A stretch of 64,000 bases of DNA from Phoronis australis (Eukaryota > Animalia > Phoronida): positions 625,294 to 689,293 of the forward strand of contig NMRA01000041.1 of NCBI GenBank assembly GCA_002633005.1, in the 5' to 3' direction. Both the position numbers and the translations under genes were made by a program. The notes below the pieces were generated by a model. That model was given only the letters and a program-made list of their open reading frames with translations, was not told the DNA's origin and searched no databases. Below are positions 35,224 to 46,500 of this stretch, piece after piece. The stretch's first letter is position 1, and every line of letters starts with the position of its first letter.

Positions 35224-36699
35224 TGTTACAGTATTTTACTAGACATTTGGATTCTGTTTTTTGCAATAATATTATATATGAAAAGCAGAAGTATGAATGG
35301 TACCACATTCTAAAATATTTGTCTTGACAGTGAACAAATCTTTTTAGAATTAAAAAACATTTTATAAATCGAGTTCTATAAGCTTTCTACTTTCAGAAAA
35401 TGTGAAGTTTGGCGGGGTTAAAACCTCATATAGTTTTTCAGTTATTTAGCTAAATGCACAAACTATCAATAAGGTCCTACTGTACATGACGAATACGCCC
35501 AAATCTTCGGCTGATAGCGCAGGGTGGCGCCATCTGTTATTTGCTGGGGAAACAGAACATGCAGATTTTCATGAGTCCCATTTTCAGACCGTATTAAAAC
35601 TAACCTAACATGATCTCGACTTAGATCCCACATGAGACAGGCCTACAGTCGTAGCTGCCAATCACAGCAACCCGAGGTCTGCCAAACAATTTACTTTTGA
35701 ATTGACGAATGAGGTTGATTCTGACTGAGATTCTGTCATACTTGGGACCAACTAACAGTACATTATTGCTGGAGACCAGACTAAGACTAAAAGCTTTACA
35801 GCGCCACAAATAGGCTGGTTTCCAGAGCAAATGCTTGACAGAGCACTGCTTCTTACATTCAATTATATTAGCCATTTTTGCTTTCAGCACATAAAACTAG
35901 TGACAATAATGAACTGCCACTTCTAACCTTAGCAATAACACAAAAGTCGAGAATATGTTTACATCAATTCATGGTCTACATCCAAAGTTTTCACATAAAG
36001 TTGTTTTCAAAACTGAGACTAAATATATTCAATAACAAAAACTTTAATTGAAAATACAATCAAACAAAAAATAAAATGTCATCTGCATTGGCTCCTTAGG
36101 GCTCAGAGTTGAAACCTAGTGAATGGCAATCACAGAAAACTAATGCTATGTATAAGCAAAAAGGATTTATAGAATTTGAGAACAACATACCGTAAGCTGC
36201 TTAAACAATGCCTGAGATTAATGTCACACTGTCGCCAAAACTACACCGATGGTAAAATCATGCCAGCCTTTTCACAAATCTGCATACAACTGCAATCCCC
36301 AACTTGTCCTCTACTTCAGTACAGAGAGCAGGAGATATGCAATAATACCTTTGACATCATTACGTGACACTGCCTTTCTTTAAACAGAGTTCCTGGAGCC
36401 AACGCGCCATCTGAAAAACCTTAACTGATAGAGTAAGCACATTTACTTTCAACTCAAGGTTTACTTCGGGCCCCACATATTTATGTGAGGGCCTTAGGGG
36501 GCATAAAAATCTAAAGCTCCATTTCTGGATTTCGAGCGGACATTTACCAAAGTTATTCTTGGTTTACTAGTTCTGGCCTTGAAAACAAGGTCAAAATCCC
36601 AAAATTACGTAGGTGTTTAAAATGCTCCACCTACATCTTGGCGAAATATACGAACAAGTAGCATTTATGATCGACATATGTCCCGAACTGAATAAAGAT

Positions 36700-37095
36700 A
36701 AATGATACGTGCGTCGCAAGCTCGTTACCAGAGATGAAAAGGAGACAGAGGTAGGCGATATAAGGTCATTTATTATGACTAATACAATTACAATATAATG
36801 AATACAGGTAAATAACGTGTAATTGGTAATCTCTGGTAAGATGGGCAATAAAAAGCGCCGGTCACGTGGAAGTACGAGAGAATGACGAAAACTGGGAGGA
36901 AGAGGGTGGGAAAATTGAATGAGTTTTGACGTACGACAATGTGGCCGGAACAAGGTGAACTGAAAGAGAGGTTACAATAACAAAGAAAAACGCCCCTAAA
37001 GACACGTGACAATCGTCAGCCTATAAGAGCCAAGAGCTGACCAAACTCGAGGCACGTGATAACAGCAGACCACTGCGAAGGCTGGGAGACGACGT
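36700..37095 (-). mobile_element. Isolated DIRS/Ngaro-like terminal segment
   Basis: Minus strand shares ggcg.ttttt..gcccatctt, gtcataataaatgac and agct.g.g.cg.ac blocks with the 3' end of the DIRS/Ngaro element (24650-24810); absent from duplicate copy 2. Confidence 0.55.
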
Positions 37096-37819
37096 GTACC
37101 AAACCATACTATTTAAAACAAATGTACCTTCAATAAGCTGGAATCATCCAAATGTTTATTAATGACTACATCAGTACATGTCTTGACACTACTGCAGCTG
37201 AATAGCTGATGGTATTTTGACAGTTTCTTTTTGGTGGTAATGATGATATGGAGACGTGTAAATATAGCCAGTTCAGAACAATAACTGACATTAATCCTGC
37301 GACACAACAGTAACAACTTCATGTACAATAAATGACAATAATCATGTGGCAATGCAATAATAACCTTATGTACAATAACTGACATTAATTCTGCAACAAG
37401 GCAATGGCAATGTTATATACAATAACCGACATGAATCCTGTGAAAAGGCAACAGCAGAAGCGACATTAATCATGTGGCAAGGCAATAACAACTTAATGTA
37501 CAATGGTGGCACTGAACAGTTTGCACTACAAAAATATTAAAATCTAGGGGTAGGCCAGGCTTGGGGGCATTTCTTAGTTTATGTTGTATCTAGGCTAATT
37601 GAATGTGGATATTTGCTGGGTAAAGTCAAATGTCACTTCTTTTCAAGCGAGTGAAGAAATCATTTTTAACGTGAGTAAGGGATATCGTGACGTCAGTTTG
37701 ATGACGGTAGAAGCCGAAATTTATAGTATTTTTTCTATGCATTTGGAAAAACACATTTTATAACTTAATTGAACGACGTTTGTATGGAACCACATGTCGT
37801 CACATAGTAGTTCTACTAT

Positions 37820-38757
37820 TAAAGGAGCATGTCACCCAAAAAAACAACCTGATTTGTATCAATTTAGATCGAGTAGTTCTACCCGATAACGGCACGTACC
37901 ATTGCGTTACCTGACACCCTGACGGCAGACGGAGGTGTTGAAATTATCCAATGACGTAATTGGTTTCACACGCAGACTGTTCAGCAGTTCACCACACGGG
38001 TTACTGGTGTCAGCTTATCGCTTGGATTCACCGTTTAACAGCAATAAATCATCAAACTTCGATTTAAAACCCTTAAAAATACACCGAGTTCTTATAAAAA
38101 CGTGTTGTTTTATTTCGCTGTTACGGATTTATTGGTATTTGGACACATCGTAGCCTACGAAGTTCGGCAGGCCAATAAGGTCCGTAGCAGGAGTTTGGGG
38201 TCTGTTCGGAGAAAAATTCGAAGTATTTTTGGGTGAGATACAGACATGAGAACCTAGATCTGTGTTGTTTAGACTTGTGATTTTTTGAGTTCTAAACACA
38301 CAAAACGCTTGTTAATCCTGACCAGTGGCTCAGAGCCCAATCAGGCCCGCCGCGGCCGGACTGACTCGTAATTCCGGCCAGCGGCTCGGACGCCAATCAG
38401 GCCCGTCGCGGCCGGACTGAAGACATCACGAACGTAAACCAGCCAAAGTTGGGAACTAAACTTTAAGTCAAGAAAATATTGTACTAGTGAGCCAAAGAAG
38501 TAATGTGCACGTGATTATGTTGGTGAATTAGACACAAAACTGCAAATATACGTACTCGTTGCGGGCCGTGAATTCAGGTTCCGCTTTGGCCACAGAACCG
38601 TCAGGGCAGAAATTGTACATCGACAATCATTATTTGAATAATGTAAATTTAAATAAAGATTCCCCTAACAGCTGGCCGTGGGATAAAATATCGAGTTGTT
38701 TAGCAACAGTTTCGGTCAGCAAACACTGAATTAGCATGCGCTCACACAGCCTCGGTG
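37820..38757 (-). mobile_element. Interspersed repeat, inverse homolog of 12245-12990
   Basis: Starts TTAA-AGG at the point where homology with 16710 ends. Confidence 0.65.
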
Positions 38758-39539
38758 AGTTCTATTGCACCTAAAGCCGGTGCGGGTAGGGGGCAGTGTT
38801 AGTCGGACTCGTCTGAAAGTCATCGTCTTCCGTTGTTAACTTCATATAAACACATTTGCTACATTTAATAAAGATCCTGTAGAATTTTGAAGCAGTATTT
38901 GATCTAGATTTGAATTTACCAAGACTTGACAACAAAGATAGACGATAGTGTGCAACTACTACAATCCCACGACTGACCAGCGCTGATGACGATGACGCAA
39001 CAAACGGCCCGTTCTTAGTGGTTTCTTTCTGCATCCAGTCGATTTCTGACTGGACGAAAGGAAGTAAACACTGGACACTCACAGCGCANAACACATGCGA
39101 ATGTAAAAATTATGTGGACCTCGCCACCATTGGAAGGAGTGTCTGAGACACCAAAAGTGCAACACTGGCACGATGTAGGGTATAGTGAAAACGCGCATTT
39201 TAAAATGTGTCGATTACTGATGGTGAAATCGACACATTTCGTTTCGCGACCAAAACCCGCGGAAACTTCCTAATCATGCCCGGAGAAACAAAAGACCGCA
39301 AACCTCAAATCTGTCCCGGCTCCGCTCCGCCTAAGAGAACGTACCCGTGCGCCTCCTGTCTTCAACTGGCCAGTACGGACGTGAGCCCCCTGTCTTCCAC
39401 TGGCCAGGCTCCGACCCGACGGCTACCGTGATTCCGCGGTCCGGCGCCGATAGTCGTGCCATATATTCAAAAGTGAGTTTCAAGCTTACCCTGTACATAA
39501 ACGATACTAGATTTATTTTAAAAATGACGCTCTAAAAAT

Positions 39540-39990
39540 CTTCAGATTCCACGTATATCGTCCAATTGTTGACTTGCAGGATATCAGTACTGGCTCAAGA
39601 CTCGAAATAAATTCCTCCATCGCAAGTCCAGCAGCTTTAAATCCTTGATCCTAGGCCCCTTTTAGCTTTGAATAACTGCACGTCCTTCTCTCAGGTTCTT
39701 CTTAAAGTAGATTTTACATGCAACTTCTTTTAAATGTTTCTTGTGCCTCATAAAGTCAGCCCTCGGGCTATTAATGGTCGTGAATTTTACAACGATTGGG
39801 CGCTTGTTGACCCCTATCTTGTTACTTCTTCCTAGACGATGGCTCCTACTTATGTCTGATTTTCCGACGGCTTGCACCGATCTTGTTAGACAAGGAGATT
39901 ACAATATCAACTGCATTTTCCTAATTTGATCCAGTCATCCTTTTCAAATTTAAGGGCTTGCAACTCACTGTCTTTTCTGAGTTTCACTAG
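39540..39990 (-). pseudogene. LINE ORF1 fossil (paralogous copy)
   Basis: SDISRSHRLGRSNKIGVNKRPIVVKF...KKHLK...IYFKKNL (ORF 39662-39877). Confidence 0.72.
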
Positions 39991-39998
39991 CTAGAAAC

Positions 39999-40168
39999 CA
40001 TGAGCGCACCCGGGGGGGGGGGCAACCCCATTTGGCGAAGTGGGCAAAAAAGTCAGCATCAGAAAAACAAAAAGTCCGGTGCAGACGAAGGTGGTACCCC
40101 GTTTTTTTAGTCCTCTCGCTCTTTTGCCAGCAAAAGGCCCCTCATATTGAAGGCTGGGTGCTCGCATG
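39999..40168 (+). mobile_element. MITE family CATGnGCGCACCCAG, 5-bp TSD gaaac
   Basis: Perfect TSD; paralogous empty site with a single gaaac at ~20063. Confidence 0.82.
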
Positions 40169-40405
40169 GAAACACTTAATTTTTGCCTTTCTCTTCCAGT
40201 TTTTTATTGAAGCTCAAAAGATTTGTACGGGTATCAGTCGCCACCTCGTCAATTCGAACACATTCCTTTGTCATCCACTAGTACATCTTTCAAGACTTCC
40301 TTCAGTGACTTTGCTCAAATTTATCCAAGGGAGTGTCACCTTTTGTCAAAATGCATTCCAACGTTGGTTGTTTCACTAAAGGTACAACTCCTTATTCTCT
40401 AGAGT

Positions 40406-40516
40406 CTACTGAGCGTCGAGGAATTTCATATTTAGTTGACGGTCTGGCGTATTAAATAATTTCGATGTAGCTTCAACTGGTTCCCCTTCGTATACAAGTC
40501 GGAAGTTTTGGACAAT
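40406..40516 (-). CDS. CYP-C exon 9 (last)
   Basis: IVQNFRLVYEGEPVEATSK...KFLDAQ*; 111 nt. Confidence 0.88.
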   Translation of the reverse strand: MVQNFRLVYEGEPVEATSKLFNTPDRQLNMKFLDAQ

Positions 40517-43500
40517 CTGTGGTGAAAGAAATTTAGACAAATGTTATATCAGGTTAGCATTGTCAGCTTCAACAGTTAAAGATACATTTTGCCCCTGTTA
40601 GGCAGTCATTGGTGATTTTAACCGAAACGCTTTGGGGTTTAGAAACCTTTCAACGCCCATAAGACCTTGAATTATTGTGGAATGAGGTAGCAACTCAAGT
40701 CACATAGGTAATGCGTAAACGCGCAAATGGGGGGAGGGAGGGGGTGGACAACTCCTATGTACTGCGAAGCGTGCTTTTTTAATCGCAACATAATTTTGAN
40801 CGCCATATTGCTCTTGTTTTGCCCCGAGTCTTTGCTACACACGCTAAAACTTACTGGAGTTCTTATGGTGAATTTTACGCTTAAAACGTTAAAACAACTT
40901 AAGATATGGTAGATGGGTCGTGGAATAACTGTGAATAGACGAAGAAAATGTAACCTTGTTATGTTATGCGAAGCTGTGAACGGACTGAAATTGGAACTTA
41001 ACCCGCTCTAGGCCTGAATGGCGCAGGCATACAGGGGCGATAGTGTATCCCCATAAAAAGATATTCACTTCAAAATACAGCAAATAAAATCAAATGAAAC
41101 ATGCATATGTGCACATGAAGTTATAATTAACACATACCCAGCTGACTCTGGACACAATGTAGTCTACAAATAACTTGACCATATTCATGAAAACCTTGCG
41201 GTTCCCTCGAGTTTCTCTCACTAAAGAGCCGCCATTTTCAGGAAGTTACGTGAAATCACGCCTGTTGACGAACAAAATGTCCGAGGGACACAAATCTTAC
41301 AAATTTCACTTGATATTTTCTCATGCTATTTTGCAAGCGTCACGCGCCAGATCTCGCACTTCGCTCAGTCTCGCGCTAGCCTTTGCCTCATACTCACCTG
41401 ACTCAGTTGAAATACTTGATTGTGGTAATCGCGCGCGCGGACAAAGTTAACAGTAACCACAAAGTGGAGTTGGAATTCTTCGCCTAAGTCACCTGAATTC
41501 CCGTATATATGCTTCATCGAAGATATGTTTAGAAGCAGAAAGAGTCACTGAAGAAAACATGAGTAAGAGCCTTTTAGGTGCTAATTTTAGGTGTAGAATG
41601 TATTTTCGACGAGGCGGATTTCGCCTACAGCCCGTTTAAAATACACGGGACGAAATTAGTACAGAACGCGGTAGAACGTATTGTAGTGCGAATCTGAAGT
41701 TCATTTGCCATAACAGCAATGCTCTTGGTTATTTTTCGAACTAAACGGCTAAAAACTCGAAGACAATAACAGAATACACTCTGCTACCGTATTGGGCAAA
41801 TGACCAAACGACAAGCTTTTGCCCCACTTCCCGTGACGTCACAGTTAAGTGTCACATAATCTCGCGTTATTGTTATAAACTCGCAAAAGGCCTATTAGTT
41901 ATTCGTCGTGTCCAATCAAAGGCAACTTTACATTCAGTACGTAACGGCGGCTTTTAAGAGCACGGGTGTGATTGAGCTATATGAACTGATTAAAGGTAGG
42001 CGTTGATTAAGTAAAAGTACGGGGCACGCGTTGAATAAGAGCAGAACGATGATAGTTCAAAATCTGAAAGTACGAGTTGATTAACCAAACCTACACGTTG
42101 ATTAAGCAAACCCACGCGTTGATTAAGCAAATTTCAATGCGCAGAAAAGTACGCTTCATACATTTTCTCCAATTGCCCATTGAAATACAGCAGTTCAATC
42201 TGCAGCCAAACACCACGTGACTATTTCGACGTAAGATGGCCAGTTTAATGTTACATTTACCCCCTTTGGAACGTTGTATCCACAAATCTCCATGTCTTTG
42301 TCCAAAATTCGTGCGGTACCTCCTTGGACCGGAAAATGCATTCTGGAAGTTAAAAACAAACTTTTACATGAAGTAATATCCCACTCGACATTATTCCGGA
42401 ATAATGTCTCGTGGGATATTATTTCATGCAGGCCACTCTCGGTACGTTTTGTGTATATCATAACTTGGGCCCGAAGTTCAACTTTATTCATTATAACTTG
42501 AACTTGACGGCAAACTTTAGAGCTGGTTATAACTCAGAATTGAAGGTGAACAGACTTAAAGGTTTTTTACTCTGGCTTGAAGGTAGACTCTCAGTGATTA
42601 TAACTCGGCCTTTGCTTATAAATTACGGTTGTGATGTTGTCTAGGACTTTAACAAACGACCTCAACTCTAAGTCAAATATCGAAAATCCTATGCTTTATC
42701 AACTATTGAAAGTATATATTATGTGAATGTAGAAAGATCGAGGATAGTAGTTATTAGTTGGACAAGAGCAACTGGCTGAAATTAACCACCTGACGAGATT
42801 CAAAAATAACGAGTCTGCATCAATTCTACGGCAACAGTGGCAAATAGTCTGCTTATCAAATGTAAATCTGCGGTAAAACATCGATCACAAGTGACTGTAA
42901 ACGTCTATGTACCAATTGAAAAGTGCATTACCTGAACGACTCCTTGAGACATGCCTTCAAGTAAGACAACCTTTTAAGTGTATCTGTTGTTATCGGCTCT
43001 CTATTTGGCAATTCTGTGTTTATTTCAGACCTCAGTTTGTCTTGCTTCTCAGGAAATCTTGCAAGATTGTAAAACATAAATGACAAGGCGCTTCCAGTCT
43101 GAAAATTAGAAACGCATTTTTGGCCTGTAGTCCGCAGTACAGATACTTTTCAAAAATTTGAGGCTCTTAGGTGTATTTGTTTTTAATAACAAAAGCACTC
43201 TGTACTGTTTTTTATACTCGCCTCCGGTTAACCAATAATTAACTGGTAAGCTGATCCTCAAACAAGTTAGGTAACCTCTTCATCACTGCTCCTTTACTGT
43301 CTTCGCCTGTTAGTAACTCATGTACAATCTCCGATTCGTTTTACAGTTATCGCACACATGAAGCAGATGTAAAGAATAAGTCAACACTTTGCACTGTTTA
43401 GGTGGCTGCAAGTCAAATCAGTCTCCTAAAATTCCTTGCACTGTCATAGCACTAGTCTACATTTTCATTGCCAACAAAAACATCGAAACCATCAGAGACT

Positions 43501-46500
43501 CAAGTAAAGGCTTCTGAATCAGAGTTTATAGGGACTGGTCAGCTCTAAAATTGCGAAATCAAAAATAGCACATTGACTGTGACTTGAGTTGGTAACAGAA
43601 ATGAAATCCTATCACGGTCAGGACTATGATGAGACCGGTCAGGACTATGATGAGACCGACTTAATGACAGTTAAGACCTTAATCAATTTTCGTTTTTTTA
43701 GACAGTTACACAGGGTTTAGTGCAGATTTAAATATAAATGAAAGCAAAAATTGCGGGTTAATGACTGTCCAGAAAGACTGTCTACGGGCAAGTTTAGGTG
43801 ATACCCAAATCACGGCAGGACTAAGGAGGGAAATCGTAGGAAGATGCGCCTGTTATTCTTCGAAACTTCTACAAATAATAGCTTTACTTTTTTCTACATC
43901 TACTTTTCAAAATCTGTTTGATTCAAAGTAGTTGGAAGTATACAAAACACAAAATTGACCTTCATGCCTTAACGGATTTGTAACAGGATAATAGCTTAAC
44001 AAGTAAGCATATTCTTAGCATCGCTGAATGCACACAAACATCATTTTTCACACCTATATTAATGTTACCAAAATCATTAAACCAATTTTGTAAAATATAT
44101 GAAAGAAAACCGTGCATTGTGAAACTACATGAAAGACTGAGCTAAAAGACAATTGGGTAGTTGACACAAATCGTCAGGATCGATTGTTTCATAAATCGAT
44201 CACGTCAAATGAAGGAATTACAGATTGCCTACCGAGTCAATTCCAGCCGTGAACAACTCTAGCAGAATAGACGAAGCATCTTCCAAGCTCAAATCAAGCT
44301 TAAGCAATCTTTGCAAAAAGTCCTCTTCTCCAGTCAGGGATTGCCGGGCAAGCGTCTCTTGAATCCGACTCTTTGTAAACCTGCCTCAGTAAGAAACAAG
44401 AAATTGAAAATGTACCACGACCAGCTTCACGAGAGGATTTGGAGGGCTCGTCTGACTTAAAATGAGATGCGCAAAGCCACAATCGTGCGCTAACTACGCA
44501 TTTGTAAGTTGCCAAGGTTTTACACTACTGGAAATGTTTTATAGAAGAAGATTGTTAACTTACGTATTCATAAATGTGTAGCCTTTAATGCATTGTTTGT
44601 AACTTTTAGTGTTGAAATATCTGTGAAAAGGAATTTCATAAAAGGACGATTGTAGCGCTCCGAAATAATCATTGATCGCGTTAAACATTGAAGACGCCTT
44701 TTCATCGGTAGTCGCCTGAAGTAGCCCCAGTCTTTCGTTGTAACATACTGCGCCGAACGCTGAAACAAATGAGGTATAGTATATATGAAGTTATGGTATC
44801 AGGAATGTCCTTAACTGCGCCCTGAGAAGTTTCAGGGAAGTCATGGAAACATCAAAACTATTTTCATAAAATCAGCCTCACAATGTTCTTTACCGTAACA
44901 GGACTCTGTTTCCGTTACCAACAAGAACAACGAAACCTACAACAACTCAAGAAAACTCTTCATTAACAGCTACGCTGCGAGGGAAATGTCCCTTTATCTG
45001 TCTTTTTTGAATCTAAGTGGTCATTACAGATAAAAAGGAAGTCTATTTCAACGCACACCAGCTTTACTTTTTTATTGCAGTTGAGCTTTATGCCATTTAT
45101 CGAAACGAATGAACAGACATTAGCCACTTGGAATCTCTTTGGGTTTGCAGTGTCGTTAGTAATGGAAAAGCAATCAATAATTGGTTGGCTATCTTGTTGA
45201 AGTCTGGATTACAAGGTGGGGGTAAGGATATGAAAGTCTACTGTAGTCATCGGCATAATTATACAGCCTAGAGTGGAGAGTCGGAAATGAGGAAAGGACC
45301 CAGGAGTTTGATGATTGGAGCCCTGGGGGTACACTTTTAGTGACTGGAACCCTGGGATTCACCTGGTGATTGGCTTCCAGTCACTGACATCTTGGCCTAG
45401 TTCAACTCATTGTCAAAGGCTACTAAGCTAATATTGGTTAAACTAGGCCAACATGTCAGCGACTAGAAGCCAATCACCAAAGGTGTACCACAGGGATCCA
45501 AACACCAAAAGTGTTCTCCAGTGTAAGTAGCCAATGAAACTGTGCAAATGACTGCAATTTCTGCTTATAAGTGCGCTAAGCCCTGAAATACAAGATGCAT
45601 AACCAAGTACTCACCCTCGGCAGCGTACTTCAGTAGCTGTAGATAGACATGCTCTACGAGTCCCGAGTCTGTCCGCGCTTCCCTCACAAGCTTAATGAAA
45701 TCGTCTGCAACCTGGTTTTGCACTGTTAGATATAGTGTAGCGGCATCTGGTGACATCATTAGTTGGTGCACAGACTGTCGACGCTTGTACCATTCTTCGC
45801 CATTTCTACAACGCATGGCAGTCATTTCATCACTTATTCCCGAGAATTTTAGACAGAGGTTACAGCGTTTGGTATATTTTTTACCCTTATAGTCCCCAAA
45901 TATATGTTCGGGAGTACCTTAGGAAGCAGGCAGTCTGTACACGCAAAATGTGTCAGCGACACTGACACGGCAGGAAAGGTATGTAACCATAGACTATAAT
46001 CTATGATGTAACCTAACCTTGACTAAGAGATTCTTTGGTACAAAGATACCGTGACTTAAAGGCGAAGACAACCTTTTTTCATGTCATTTTTAGCAAAAAT
46101 AGGGTTCGTTGATTATCCCAGACATATTTTTCACTTATTTACAGCTTTTCGTAATTTAATTAATTACTCGTCGTCTACTCCGGAAGTGACGTTTTGGGAG
46201 GCAAGAATTTCGCGCCAATTTCTTTTCATACAGTCTGACTGTGAGAGCAGTCGTGTCAGTCATTGTTCTACCTCGGTTGTGATAAGTTCGGTCATCGTTT
46301 GCTTTTGTTTACGAGTCACGGTCAACATGCCACGCTGTTGATGCCTACCGAGAAGTACTCATATTATCGTCTCACGTACAGAGCTAGAACTGTCCCACTT
46401 GCGCGGCCGAGTGTCCCGCGACACACTCCCAGTGGATGGTGACTTGAGCACCCAAACTGCTTACATCCCGCCGTGCGACTCCCTCGTCACACACGTGGCA

